From: an uncultured Desulfobacterales bacterium
GTDB lineage: Bacteria > Desulfobacterota > Desulfobacteria > Desulfobacterales > QNYZ01
DNA: 64,000 bases
Assembly: GCA_964577615.1 (NCBI GenBank)
Contig: CAZNZW010000004.1
Coordinates: 11,511-75,510 of the forward strand
Direction of reading: 5' to 3'
Translations under genes and position numbers: made by a program
Shown: positions 49,824-59,751 of the stretch, one piece after another
Layout of the letters: every line of letters starts with the position of its first letter
How positions within the stretch are numbered: position 1 is the stretch's first letter
Notes under the pieces: generated by a model
What the model saw: only the letters and a program-made list of their open reading frames with translations
The model's database searches: none
What the model was told of the DNA's origin: nothing

Positions 49824-50654
49824 TTATTCGACCAGGCTGGCCCAGTCCCTTGTTCCAAACCAATAGTAATGCCTGTCCTGGAGCCATCCCTGGTCATTTT
49901 TTGTCTGGATCCAGCTGTTAAAAAAAACCAGGGTATCAAAATCACCTTTTCGCAGGGCAAAACCGATGGGTTCCTTGGTGAAATTATCCCGCATGGGCAT
50001 AAACAGGGTGTCCGCGTACTTGACGGCTTCATACGCGGGCCGGGGGGCAGATCCGACCACGGCATGCACATTGCCGTTACGCAGTTCCTGATAAGCCTGG
50101 GCCTCATCTTCAAAAAGCCGCAATTTGGCTTTGGGCATATATTTTTTGGCCGCCATTACGGCGGTGGTGCCCAGCTTGACCGCCAGTTGAACATCCGGTT
50201 TGTTGAAATCATCCAGCGACTTAAATCCGGCTGCTTTTTTCCTGTGCGCCACCATGGACATCCCCGAGTAATCATAGGGAATGGTAAAATTCACCTTCAG
50301 AGCCCGTTTGGTCTGAATCCCCATGCCGCCGATAATCACATCAAATTTGCCGGTCAGCAGCGCCGGAATAATTCCGGCCCACTTGGTGGGAATAAATTCG
50401 ACTTTTACGCCCATGTCTTCGGCCAGTTGACGGGCCACATCAATTTCAAACCCGACAAACTCGCCGGTTTTGCTTTTCATGGCCCAGGGCACGAATGTAT
50501 CCATCCCCACCCGTATAACGCCCCGTTTCAGGATCTGTTCCAACGTGCTTTCTTTGGACAGCTTCATCTGCAGCTCACCGGCCGTGACACTGGCAGATAA
50601 ACAAAAACCCAGCGTCAAAATCAATGCGATGATTACCGTTGCGTTTCGTTTCAT
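49824..50654 (-). CDS. ABC transporter periplasmic substrate-binding protein (family 3)
   Basis: Signal peptide, then GVIRVGMDTFVPWAMKSKTGEFVGFEIDVARQLAEDMGVKVEFIPTKW. Confidence 0.88.
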   Translation of the reverse strand: MKRNATVIIALILTLGFCLSASVTAGELQMKLSKESTLEQILKRGVIRVGMDTFVPWAMKSKTGEFVGFEIDVARQLAEDMGVKVEFIPTKWAGIIPALLTGKFDVIIGGMGIQTKRALKVNFTIPYDYSGMSMVAHRKKAAGFKSLDDFNKPDVQLAVKLGTTAVMAAKKYMPKAKLRLFEDEAQAYQELRNGNVHAVVGSAPRPAYEAVKYADTLFMPMRDNFTKEPIGFALRKGDFDTLVFFNSWIQTKNDQGWLQDRHYYWFGTRDWASLVE

Positions 50655-50795
50655 TGTTTTTCCTCCTTTAAATAGATATTTCCGGTTAAAATAAAGATCT
50701 TACGATCACGGCGGTTCCTGTTTAACATGATAAAGGCAACTCCGGGGCCCCGAACCAACATCCGGAGACCCGTCCCAAAACCGGATATCCGGTAT

Positions 50796-51548
50796 TTATA
50801 AAATCTGGCTTAAAAACAGCCGGGTACGATCTTCGGTCGGCGCAGTAAAAAAATGTTCCACGGTACCGGCCTCTATGATTTTGCCATCTTCCATGAAAAT
50901 AACCCGGTCACTCACCTCACGGGCAAACCCCATCTCGTGCGTCACGCAGATCATGGTCATCCCCTCACGGGCCAGTGCTTTCATCACATCCAGCACTTCA
51001 CCGATCATTTCAGGGTCAAGCGCACTGGTCGCCTCATCAAAAAGCATCACCTTGGGCATCATGGCCAGGGCGCGGGCAATGGCCACCCGCTGCTGCTGAC
51101 CGCCGGAGAGCTGGTTGGGGTAGTTATCGGCCTTATCGGCAATACCGACTTTTTCCAAAAGGTCCATGGACATGGCCCGGGCCTGCTCCTTTGTTTTTTT
51201 ACGGACGCGCCGCTGGGCCAGGCTGATATTTTCCAATACCGTCATGTGGGGAAACAGGTTGAACTGCTGAAAGACCATCCCCACCTCTTTCCGGATTTCA
51301 AGCCTGTTCTTTTTATGGTCATCCAGAACAATACCGTCAATGGTAATGGCACCGCTGTCGATCTCCTCCAGGCCATTCAGGCAGCGCAGAAATGTTGATT
51401 TTCCCGAGCCGGACGGGCCGATGACGACCACCACTTCACCGCGATGGATCCGGGTGGAAAAATCGACGAGCGCCTTGACACCGTTGGGAAACGTTTTGCT
51501 GATATGTTCAACAACGATGATATAATCTCCCGAATCCGTAACGGGCAT
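50796..51548 (-). CDS. ABC transporter ATP-binding protein
   Basis: Walker [10 protein letters not shown], signature LSGGQQQRV, Walker [13 protein letters not shown]. Confidence 0.93.
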   Translation of the reverse strand: MPVTDSGDYIIVVEHISKTFPNGVKALVDFSTRIHRGEVVVVIGPSGSGKSTFLRCLNGLEEIDSGAITIDGIVLDDHKKNRLEIRKEVGMVFQQFNLFPHMTVLENISLAQRRVRKKTKEQARAMSMDLLEKVGIADKADNYPNQLSGGQQQRVAIARALAMMPKVMLFDEATSALDPEMIGEVLDVMKALAREGMTMICVTHEMGFAREVSDRVIFMEDGKIIEAGTVEHFFTAPTEDRTRLFLSQIL

Positions 51549-51577
51549 GTAAAATCTCCAATTTCTCTGTTTCCGGA

Positions 51578-52402
51578 TCAGCCAACCACTTTGAAACGGT
51601 GTTCCATGTAATTGACGATGACAGACAATGTCGCCGTGACAACCAGATACATCCCCGCCACGGTAAACCAGAGTTCAAAGGTTAAAAAGGTTTCCGCAAT
51701 CACGGCCTGGGCCTGCATGGTTAAATCGTAGATGGCAATGGTGCTGACCAGCGCGGAGTCCTTGATGAGCGAGATGGCCTGGCTGGTCAGGGGCGGCAAT
51801 ACCCGTCGAATCGCCTGGGGTAAAATAATATAAAAATAGGTGTCAAATCCGCTCAACCCCAGGCTATGAGCCGCCTCCCACTGCCCCCGGCGGATAGAAA
51901 CAATCCCTGCCCGGAATATTTCGGAAGTATAAGCGCCTTCAAACAGGCTCAGGGCAAGAACGGCCGATGTCATCCGGTTGATGCCCAGCACCGGCCCCAG
52001 AACAAAATAGATAAAAAACAGTTGGATCAAAAGCGGGGTGTTGCGAACCACCTCAAGATAAACCCGGGCAATGGCTTGAGCGACAAACGAATGTGACAGC
52101 CGAAAAAGAGCGGTACCCAGGCCGATAATAAATGCCAGTACCAGGCTGATTCCCGAAATTCGCAAGGTCACCATTAACCCCTCCCACAAAGGACCGGCAT
52201 AGTAGCCGGTTTCATCGTGGGTGAAGATATATTTGGGAATCTGGTACCATTGCCAGTTATAGCCCAATTTTTCAGTACCGGCGGAGAAAAACCAGACGAC
52301 AGCAAGCACCAGGAGGGTGAACTGGGCAACATCGAAAAGAGGTGACCGGTAAATGCGGCGCCAGAGCGGTTTACGCTGTGATGGATGAGATGCGCCCATC
52401 AA
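51578..52402 (-). CDS. ABC transporter permease (polar amino acid type)
   Basis: Paralogue of 48841..49722 ([14 protein letters not shown]... versus NYKWNWSIIPQYLW...). Confidence 0.85.
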   Translation of the reverse strand: MMGASHPSQRKPLWRRIYRSPLFDVAQFTLLVLAVVWFFSAGTEKLGYNWQWYQIPKYIFTHDETGYYAGPLWEGLMVTLRISGISLVLAFIIGLGTALFRLSHSFVAQAIARVYLEVVRNTPLLIQLFFIYFVLGPVLGINRMTSAVLALSLFEGAYTSEIFRAGIVSIRRGQWEAAHSLGLSGFDTYFYIILPQAIRRVLPPLTSQAISLIKDSALVSTIAIYDLTMQAQAVIAETFLTFELWFTVAGMYLVVTATLSVIVNYMEHRFKVVG

Positions 52403-52626
52403 TTACCTGTTTTTAAAAAGAATTGCAGATCCGCAATATAAATGTGCATCAGGAGTTTCTGTAATTTTGGCATGTTTTTGTATATCAAATCAATCCATCT
52501 CTGTCTATAATCGAATCGGTGGCCATGCGGGAAACCGGCCCGCCGGGTATGCCCAACACGGATGGTTTCTCCTCGCAATTTCGCCTGTATCATGATATTC
52601 TTAACTGATTCACGGGAGTCATGATC

Positions 52627-53115
52627 ATGAAAGTCGTATTCATTGAGCAAGACCGCTGCCTGGCGTGCCGCAATTGCGAACGTGCCTGTTCATTCCACGA
52701 TTCCAGAAATTTCAAGCGCGAATCAGCCAATATCTGGGTCCATATCGATATGGATATTCGCTCCATTTTCACCCTGACCTGCCAGCAGTGTGAAACGCCC
52801 GCCTGTCTCAATGTCTGCCCGACCGGAGCGATCAAACGTGACCCGGAAACCCGGGCCGTGATCGTTGACGAAGAAACCTGCGTCGGCTGCCGGATGTGCG
52901 TCAATGCCTGTCCTTTCGGCTGTGTCCATTTTGATGAAGCCGGGCATATTGCCGCCAAGTGCGACCTGTGCGGCGGAACGCCCAAATGTGTCCAGAACTG
53001 CATGTCCGGTGCCCTGCATTACGCTGACATCAACGATCTGGCCGTTATCAAGCGCCGCAAAACAGACAAAATCCGGGCCAACGCCGCCCTGTCTCATAAA
53101 ACGAAAGTCCGGTGA
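52627..53115 (+). CDS. 4Fe-4S dicluster electron-transfer subunit
   Basis: CLACRNCERAC, CQQCETPACLNVCP, CVGCRMCVNACP, CDLCGG...C. The start is more likely the second ATG (52627), 8 nt after GGGAG. Confidence 0.85.
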   Translation: MKVVFIEQDRCLACRNCERACSFHDSRNFKRESANIWVHIDMDIRSIFTLTCQQCETPACLNVCPTGAIKRDPETRAVIVDEETCVGCRMCVNACPFGCVHFDEAGHIAAKCDLCGGTPKCVQNCMSGALHYADINDLAVIKRRKTDKIRANAALSHKTKVR

Positions 53116-55181
53116 TGAAAGTAGATACAACGATAACCAATGGCAGTGTCCAGACCCTGTGCCGGATGTGCGATACCCGCTGTGCCATTAACGTCCACAT
53201 TAAAGACAGCGTGATAACCGAAATCACCCCATTTGAGGGGCACCCGATCAACCAGGGACGGATATGCCCGCGCAGCGAAGCGGCCATTGATATTTTTTAC
53301 CATCCGGATCGCATTCTGAAGCCCCTCAAACGCCGTGATACCGGCGGCTTCACCGAAATATCCTACGATCAGGCCCTGGATGAAATCAGCGCCAGGTTAA
53401 AAATCCTGAAAAAAGAACATGGCGCGCATACCGTGGGCGTCTGGAAAGGCGAAGGACTCGGGTTCTATCACCAGGAGGGTTATGCGCGGCGGTTTATTCA
53501 GGCCTTTGGTTCGCCGAATTACTTTTCCAACGACTCCGCGTGTTACAACGGCCGCTATCTGGGGCATCACCTGGTATGCGGGTTCTGGAATACGTTTCCC
53601 GAATTCAGCCAGGCCGGACTGATTCTGCTTTTCGGAACCAACCCGCCGATATGCCATCCTCCGTTTACACGCGAGCTTGCCGATGCACGGGAAAACGGCA
53701 CCCGGCTGGTGGTCATCGATCCCCGCCTGAACCCCATGGCCTGCTATGCCGATATCTTTGCCCAACCCCATCCGGGAACGGACGGCGCCCTCGGCTGGGG
53801 GCTGATTAACTATCTGATCCAAACCGGGAACTATGATCATAACCTGGTTGAACGATATGTCGTTGGATTTGAAAAAATCGCCGCCTATGCCCGAAAATTC
53901 ACCCCGCAATATGTTGAAGCGCAAAGTGGCATCTATGCCGATGTCGTGGAGTCCATCGGCCAGCTCATTATTAAAAACCAGCCCGATATCAGTATTTTTA
54001 CCGGCGCGGGGCTGGAACATCACGAAAACGGAGTGAACAGTGTCCGAACCCTGGTGATCCTCTCCTGTCTGAGCGGCGCTCTGGGCCGCCCCTGCGGTCT
54101 CTTCAAGCCTGAACCGCTGGGCACCCGGGAGTTGGTCCCTGACCAGGATCTGGCGTCATCTGATATCAAACCCATCGGCAGCGATAAATTCCCGGTGCTC
54201 TATGACATTCGCAAAGAATGCCACACCATGACAGCGATGGATTATATGCTGGGCCAGGGGGACTACCCCCTCAAAGGCCTGATCATTGCCGCCGCCAATC
54301 CGGCCGTCACCAACCCCAATACGGCCAAAGTGGAAAAAGCACTGAAAAATCTTGATCTTTTGGTCGTCAACGACTTTTTCATGACCAAAACCGCCCGGCT
54401 GGCCCATTATATTTTACCGGCCACCACTTTCCTGGAGCGCGAGGAGCTGCATTTTTATCCCAAGCTTCAAATGGTCAACCTCACCCGGCGCGTCGCCACG
54501 GTGGACGGGGTGATGGATGAATACCGGGTCTGGCGCGAGCTGGCCCTGCGCCTTGGATTCGGAGATCAATTTTTTCCCTGGGAAAACGACTCGGCAGTCA
54601 ACCGCTGGCTGCTGGAACCGACCGGCCTGACCGTGGAATTTCTGCACAATCATCCCGAGGGGTATGTCTATCAACCGATCCGTTATCAAAAACATTTGAG
54701 CGAAAATTTACCGACGCCGTCGGGCAAGCTGGAGTTTGCTTCCCCCTACCTTGAAAAGATGGGCCTTGACGAAATCCCGGTATACCGGCCCCCCTACCAT
54801 CGCCGTCATCCCAATAAGCAGTTTCCGCTGGTCATGACAACCGGCGCGCGCAAATCGTTATTTTATCATTCCCGCAATCAGAATATCCCCCGTTTTCGCC
54901 ATGTGCATCCTGAAGCCGAAGTGGAAATCCACCCGGAAGACGCGGCCCGGTTAAAAATCAAAGACGGAGAGGAAGTCCGGGTTATTTCCGAAATGGGCCG
55001 GCTCATCATCCGTGCGTCAATCAAGCATCACTCGGAATTGCGCCGGGGTATTGTGGAAATATACCATGGCTGGGAAGACTGGCGGGTCAATTTCCTCACC
55101 TACGATGAAATCAATGACCCCATCAGCGGCTTTCCCCTGCTCAAAGCCGTTCCTGTACGGATCGAAAAGATAGCCCCTTAA
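53112..55181 (+). CDS. Cytoplasmic molybdopterin (bis-MGD) oxidoreductase, substrate unknown
   Basis: N-terminal Fe-S motif CRMCDTRCAINVH, no Tat signal, candidate Mo-ligand Cys in NDSACYNGRY, C-terminal molydop-binding barrel. The ATG at 53115 overlaps the upstream TGA. Confidence 0.85.
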   Translation: MMKVDTTITNGSVQTLCRMCDTRCAINVHIKDSVITEITPFEGHPINQGRICPRSEAAIDIFYHPDRILKPLKRRDTGGFTEISYDQALDEISARLKILKKEHGAHTVGVWKGEGLGFYHQEGYARRFIQAFGSPNYFSNDSACYNGRYLGHHLVCGFWNTFPEFSQAGLILLFGTNPPICHPPFTRELADARENGTRLVVIDPRLNPMACYADIFAQPHPGTDGALGWGLINYLIQTGNYDHNLVERYVVGFEKIAAYARKFTPQYVEAQSGIYADVVESIGQLIIKNQPDISIFTGAGLEHHENGVNSVRTLVILSCLSGALGRPCGLFKPEPLGTRELVPDQDLASSDIKPIGSDKFPVLYDIRKECHTMTAMDYMLGQGDYPLKGLIIAAANPAVTNPNTAKVEKALKNLDLLVVNDFFMTKTARLAHYILPATTFLEREELHFYPKLQMVNLTRRVATVDGVMDEYRVWRELALRLGFGDQFFPWENDSAVNRWLLEPTGLTVEFLHNHPEGYVYQPIRYQKHLSENLPTPSGKLEFASPYLEKMGLDEIPVYRPPYHRRHPNKQFPLVMTTGARKSLFYHSRNQNIPRFRHVHPEAEVEIHPEDAARLKIKDGEEVRVISEMGRLIIRASIKHHSELRRGIVEIYHGWEDWRVNFLTYDEINDPISGFPLLKAVPVRIEKIAP

Positions 55182-55307
55182 ATATCGATCGGGACCATGC
55201 TTTATTTATCAATGTAGAATTTACATCTCTCATTTCCATTTGAGTCACAATACTTCCGGCAAAGCCGGAGGCCCGTATCTGTAAACCGCTCAAAGCGGTT
55301 ACTGTTT

Positions 55308-55345
55308 GGCCACTTGAAAGGTGGCGAAACCTTACTTGAACAAAC
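55308..55345. repeat. 38-bp element, left copy (inverted relative to 57073..57110)
   Basis: GGCCACTTGAAAGGTGGCGAAACCTTACTTGAACAAAC. It matches the reverse complement of 57073..57110 at 30 of 38 positions and contains the hairpin GCCAC-N7-GTGGC. Confidence 0.6.
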
Positions 55346-55361
55346 TTCGTCGGGCTAAACG

Positions 55362-56744
55362 CTAATATGTCATGCCTCGTTCCACCTCGCCGATGACAGT
55401 ATCGATAATATCCAGGGCCTGGTCAATCTCATCAGGGCTGATGATCAGGGCCGGCCGCAGGGTGATGATGTTGCCCTCGATCAGCTTAAAGGCCAGGCCT
55501 TTTTCCATGCATTTATACATGATTATTTCTGCCTCTTGCTCGGCCCTTTCCCGGGTGCGGGGATCTTTGACAAGATCAATGCCGATATGCAGACCTAGGC
55601 CGGCAACGTGGCCGATGAGCCGATGCGCCTCCTTCATCTTGTTTAAGCGTTCCATCGCATGATCACCTAACCGGCGGGCATGTTCGCAAAGGTTATTTTC
55701 ATTTATATACTTGATTTCCGCCAGAGCCGCCACCGAGCAAAGGGCATTTTTTTCGTGGGTGTAATGCCCGATCGATCGATGCGGACAGATATCATAGCGT
55801 TCGTGGGTGATCATCCCGGCGAAAGGAAGCAATCCGCCGCCCATGGATTTACCCAGTACGAGAATGTCGGGGGTGAGGAAATGCTCGCAGGCAAACATTT
55901 TTCCGGTGCGGCCAAATCCTTCGATGATTTCGTCAAATATCAATAACGCATCGTATGCTTCACAGAGTGCTTTTACACCCTCCCAGTAATATTTGCTGGG
56001 AATCACCGGATTGGCTGAAATCGGCTCTCCGATAACAGCTGCCACACCGGGCTCTTTTTTTAGAATCAATTCTATTTGTCGAAGACATTCGGCATCCACA
56101 TCCGCTTCGTTTTTAAACCCCCAGGGATTTCGGTAATAGTTGGGGAACTCAACATGCAGGGCACCGGGACTCATGGGTCCCATCCCCCCTTTGAAATGTG
56201 CTTCACCGCCAATACTGGCCGCGGCAAATCCGGCACCATGAAAGGCGTCCCAGAACGAGATGGTTTTAAATTTTCCCGTCACCTGTTTGGCCAGGGACAG
56301 GGCCATCTCAATCGCCTCGGAGCCGCCGGGACAAAACAGGGATTTACATAAATCGCCTGGCGTGATTTCTGCCAGGGCTTTGGCCAGGCGCACGGCGGTC
56401 TGGTTCGTGTATCGTCGCGGGCAAAACGTGAGCTCATTATCGAGATGCTGTTTAACGGCCGCGATGATTTCCGGATTATTGAACCCCGCATTATGGACGC
56501 CGTTACCATGCATATCAATATATTGCTTACCATCCATATCTTCGATGTAAGCGCCATGTGCCCTGGAAATGACATTCAATACCGGCGTGGACAGGCTTTG
56601 GTGCAGAAAATACCGACTATCCTCTTTGAAAATTTTTCTGGCGCCGGGGGAAAGGTTTTGCTCCCAATATTTTTTCCGATTGGCCGTGGTGTTGACATCG
56701 CCCTGCTCACGGCCCGTCTGTTTCGGGTCAGTTTTCGAGTTCAT
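55362..56744 (-). CDS. Class III (omega-type) PLP-dependent aminotransferase
   Basis: FCPGGSEAIE, LIFDEIIEGFGRTGKMFACEHF, LVLGKSMGGG (PLP Lys). Confidence 0.9.
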   Translation of the reverse strand: MNSKTDPKQTGREQGDVNTTANRKKYWEQNLSPGARKIFKEDSRYFLHQSLSTPVLNVISRAHGAYIEDMDGKQYIDMHGNGVHNAGFNNPEIIAAVKQHLDNELTFCPRRYTNQTAVRLAKALAEITPGDLCKSLFCPGGSEAIEMALSLAKQVTGKFKTISFWDAFHGAGFAAASIGGEAHFKGGMGPMSPGALHVEFPNYYRNPWGFKNEADVDAECLRQIELILKKEPGVAAVIGEPISANPVIPSKYYWEGVKALCEAYDALLIFDEIIEGFGRTGKMFACEHFLTPDILVLGKSMGGGLLPFAGMITHERYDICPHRSIGHYTHEKNALCSVAALAEIKYINENNLCEHARRLGDHAMERLNKMKEAHRLIGHVAGLGLHIGIDLVKDPRTRERAEQEAEIIMYKCMEKGLAFKLIEGNIITLRPALIISPDEIDQALDIIDTVIGEVERGMTY

Positions 56745-56987
56745 TCAACGATCTCCTTCCACTTCGCTGATGGATGTTTCCAATATATCTGCGCTCACAA
56801 TCAGTACCGGCGTTAAAACCGCCCTACCCATTGTCAACTTGAATCTCAATCCCATGGAAAGGTTCTGGTACATCACCGCTTCGGTTTCGTCCACCGCGTG
56901 CCGATCATCTTCAATCAGCTGATACCGCGTTCGGGCCACGATTGAGAGTCTGGTTACGATAAAGTATCGAAGGCCAGAGGTTATCAT
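56745..56987 (-). pseudogene. 5'-truncated remnant of a second, diverged class III aminotransferase
   Basis: The 80-codon ORF ends ...ETEAVMYQNLSMGLRFKLTMGRAVLTPVLIVSADILETSISEVEGDR. This parallels the C-terminus of the intact gene (...EAEIIMYKCMEKGLAFKLIEGNIITLRPALIISPDEID...GEVERG). Its TGA abuts the downstream ATG. Confidence 0.5.
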
Positions 56988-57072
56988 ATTCCCATCGGAG
57001 GCTGAAATGAATTAACGATCCATGAATACGCTATCTATCCAATTAATGAGGAACGCCGCTGATCTCAACTAT

Positions 57073-57110
57073 GTTTGTTCGATTAAGTCTTCGCCACCCT
57101 TTAGGTCGCC
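57073..57110. repeat. 38-bp element, right copy
   Basis: GTTTGTTCGATTAAGTCTTCGCCACCCTTTAGGTCGCC, the inverted partner of 55308..55345. Confidence 0.6.
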
Positions 57111-57150
57111 GGCAGTTGGCAAATCTGGGATCATCGGTAAATTTTTTAAA

Positions 57151-59661
57151 TTACTCTCCTTGACTGGCCTCCAGGGCGGGACGAATTTTTATCTTTTGAC
57201 CATTGGTTACCATTTGGATGGCGCCGCTCCTGCCTGTACTGAAGATTTTATATCCCCTCCGGCGATATCTTTTCAAGACGGTGGGATGGGGAAAATGGTA
57301 ACGGCCGGCCCTGTCGCAGGAAATAATCACTGTTTCCGGCGAGACGGTATCTAAAAAGTCCGGGCTGCTGGATGTGCGGCTGCCGTGATGGGGAGCGATC
57401 AAAATCGTGCTGCGCAAGGCATCACGCTGGAGGGCTGCCAGCTCTTTTTCCGCTTCCTTTTCAATATCGCCGGGAAAAAGAAACGATATTTTCCCCAGGG
57501 AAATTTTAACGACCAGAGAATGATTATTGGCATCAGCATCATCGTTGCTGTCCGGATGAAAGGTTGCCGGTGGATACAAAATGGCCACCCGGGCACCGTG
57601 AACAGAGATGATTCTCGGTAAATTGCGAAATAAAGGGGCATCGATCCGGCGTCTGGCCACCACCTTCATCAGCTGCCGGTATCCATAGGTATGAGCGGGC
57701 TCGCCATTGGACCAGAACCTTTTGACATGAAAATGGTCGGCAATATAGATCAGACCGTTTAAATGATCGCTGTTGGGGTGGGACAGAACGATGGTGTCCA
57801 CGGTCATGATCTTTTGGTGCCATAATACCGGCGCCACGACCCGGGCGCCCACATCGAAGACCGTGTTGTCGGTAAACCCGCCGCCATCGATCAGCATAAC
57901 CGGCCCCCGTGGAAATTCGACCAGCGCGGCGCTGCCGGTGCCCACATCGATAACAGTCACCCGTAGGTCGCGGTGCAGGAACCGATGGTAAATCCAATAC
58001 CCGCCATCGACTGCGGTGGCTGCCCCGATGATGATAACCGCGGCCACGAGCCGCCGGACCGGAATATCGGCCACGACGCCCGGTCTTTGTCGACCGTGTC
58101 TGCCACGCAGCCAGCTCAGAAAAGCGGGGGCAAGCCAGATCCCCATCGATACCCAGGCATAATACAGCACCGTTTCGATGCGTGTCGGGCTGAAGGTTTT
58201 TATGGCGGCAAACGGACAGTCGGCCAGAAACCGTATTACCGCCAGCGACACGGAAAGGAAAAATCCAGCCACCTGAAAACAATACATCGCAAGGGCGGCG
58301 CTGAATGCATGGGCCAGCGCACCGAACAGTCCGATCGGCACAACGATAAATCCGATCAATGGGACGGCGATCAGGTTGGCCCCGATTCCGATCAGCGATA
58401 CCGTGTTGAAAGTGCCCATTACCAGCGGCAACGTGCCGGCCGTGGCCAGAAACGTGGTGCCGGTCAGAAGCCCGATTCTCTTCAATCCCGGCCGGGCCGG
58501 GGATTTTCTGGATGATATTTCCGGCCAGCGGCGGGACATGCCGAGGATAATAAACCCCACTGCGGCAAAAGAGAGCTGGAAAGAGATGGAAAACAGTGCC
58601 GGTGGAAACACGGCAAGAATAATCATTCCGGCCGCCGCCAGGGTATTGGCCGTATCATGACGCCTGCCGATGATATAGGCCAGCAGAAAAACGGATATCA
58701 TCACAACGGCCCGCTGGGTCGACGGCGACATGCCGGCCAGAACCCCATAGACAAGGACAGGGACAAGCGTAAAAAAAGCGGCCGTTTTTCCGGCCCAGGC
58801 CCGGCGACGCAAAAATCGGCTGAAAACCAGCAGCCATTTTAACAGAAAAAAAGAAACCGATGCAACGATACCAATGTGCAGGCCTGAAATGGCCAGCAGA
58901 TGCCCGGTACCGGTCCGGCTGAAAATCTGTCGCAGTTCAGGAGAAATCCCGGACCGGTCGCCGATGATCAGTGCTTTAAGGATCGGGCGGCTGTCGCTGG
59001 AAACGGCCCGGTCAATCTGTCCGGAGACCGCATCCCGTATCCGGCTGATCCAGCGGGTGACCGGTGGCGCTGCCGGGCGTTCCAGAAAGATCAGGTGCCG
59101 GGAAGACACCCACATCCGGCACCAGATTTTTTTAAACGCGAGATACCGCTCGTAATTAAAACCGCCCGGATTGTGAAACCCATGGACACGCTTGAGGTGG
59201 CCCGTCACCTGAATCCGGTCGCCCGGCCGAATGCGCACCGTATTTTCGTCGCCCAGACTCACCCGGATCCGGCCACAGACGGGAAAATCCTTTTTGCCGC
59301 GTTTCAGCCCGGTGGCTGCCAGGGTGAACTGGATCCGTTTGGGCCGGATCACCGGCGTATCGGTGACCACCCCGGTAACGGCCCATTTACGGGAATCCGC
59401 GTGATGAATGACATGCTGTACGGGAAACACCGGAGCCGTCCAGGGCTGGATTGACAGATATCCGATGGCGAGAAAAAGCGTCAACGGCAGGGCCAGCGCT
59501 TCCCGTTTTCGCCACCATGCGCCGGCAACCCCGACTGCGGCCAGCATAGCTACCCATAAAATCCAGCTATCGTATCCAGGCAGCCGGTCACCGCAGATAA
59601 TGCCGGCCATGACGGTAATCAGAATTGGAATAATGGGTCGGGCAAATAGATTCGCGCCCAT
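57151..59661 (-). CDS. comEC: ComEC/Rec2 DNA internalization protein with a metallo-beta-lactamase domain
   Basis: DUF4131-like N-terminus, polytopic competence domain and a C-terminal beta-lactamase-fold motif VLSHPNSDHLNG. Confidence 0.88.
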   Translation of the reverse strand: MGANLFARPIIPILITVMAGIICGDRLPGYDSWILWVAMLAAVGVAGAWWRKREALALPLTLFLAIGYLSIQPWTAPVFPVQHVIHHADSRKWAVTGVVTDTPVIRPKRIQFTLAATGLKRGKKDFPVCGRIRVSLGDENTVRIRPGDRIQVTGHLKRVHGFHNPGGFNYERYLAFKKIWCRMWVSSRHLIFLERPAAPPVTRWISRIRDAVSGQIDRAVSSDSRPILKALIIGDRSGISPELRQIFSRTGTGHLLAISGLHIGIVASVSFFLLKWLLVFSRFLRRRAWAGKTAAFFTLVPVLVYGVLAGMSPSTQRAVVMISVFLLAYIIGRRHDTANTLAAAGMIILAVFPPALFSISFQLSFAAVGFIILGMSRRWPEISSRKSPARPGLKRIGLLTGTTFLATAGTLPLVMGTFNTVSLIGIGANLIAVPLIGFIVVPIGLFGALAHAFSAALAMYCFQVAGFFLSVSLAVIRFLADCPFAAIKTFSPTRIETVLYYAWVSMGIWLAPAFLSWLRGRHGRQRPGVVADIPVRRLVAAVIIIGAATAVDGGYWIYHRFLHRDLRVTVIDVGTGSAALVEFPRGPVMLIDGGGFTDNTVFDVGARVVAPVLWHQKIMTVDTIVLSHPNSDHLNGLIYIADHFHVKRFWSNGEPAHTYGYRQLMKVVARRRIDAPLFRNLPRIISVHGARVAILYPPATFHPDSNDDADANNHSLVVKISLGKISFLFPGDIEKEAEKELAALQRDALRSTILIAPHHGSRTSSSPDFLDTVSPETVIISCDRAGRYHFPHPTVLKRYRRRGYKIFSTGRSGAIQMVTNGQKIKIRPALEASQGE

Positions 59662-59751
59662 GGTTTCGAGCTCCGCCCCGGTACGTATTTCCCGCCGGAT
59701 GAATATCCAGCCGCCCGGTCGTCCCGTTTTGGTGACCGCCTCGCCCGGCGG

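Noticed and set aside
52399-52650. 83-aa minus-strand ORF in the permease / FeS intergenic region
   Set aside because: It overlaps the start of the FeS gene and the promoter region. It has no SD and no recognisable motif, and the AT-rich sequence is more likely regulatory.
53112-55181. Selenocysteine in the molybdopterin oxidoreductase (formate-dehydrogenase-like)
   Set aside because: There is no in-frame TGA. The candidate Mo-ligand position is a Cys (NDSACYNGRY).
55308-57110. Interpretation of the inverted-repeat-flanked segment as a transposon or integron cassette
   Set aside because: No transposase or integrase gene, no target-site duplication and no attC-like core sites (GTTRRRY) could be recognised. 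REP-like gene-end elements or a deletion scar are more parsimonious.
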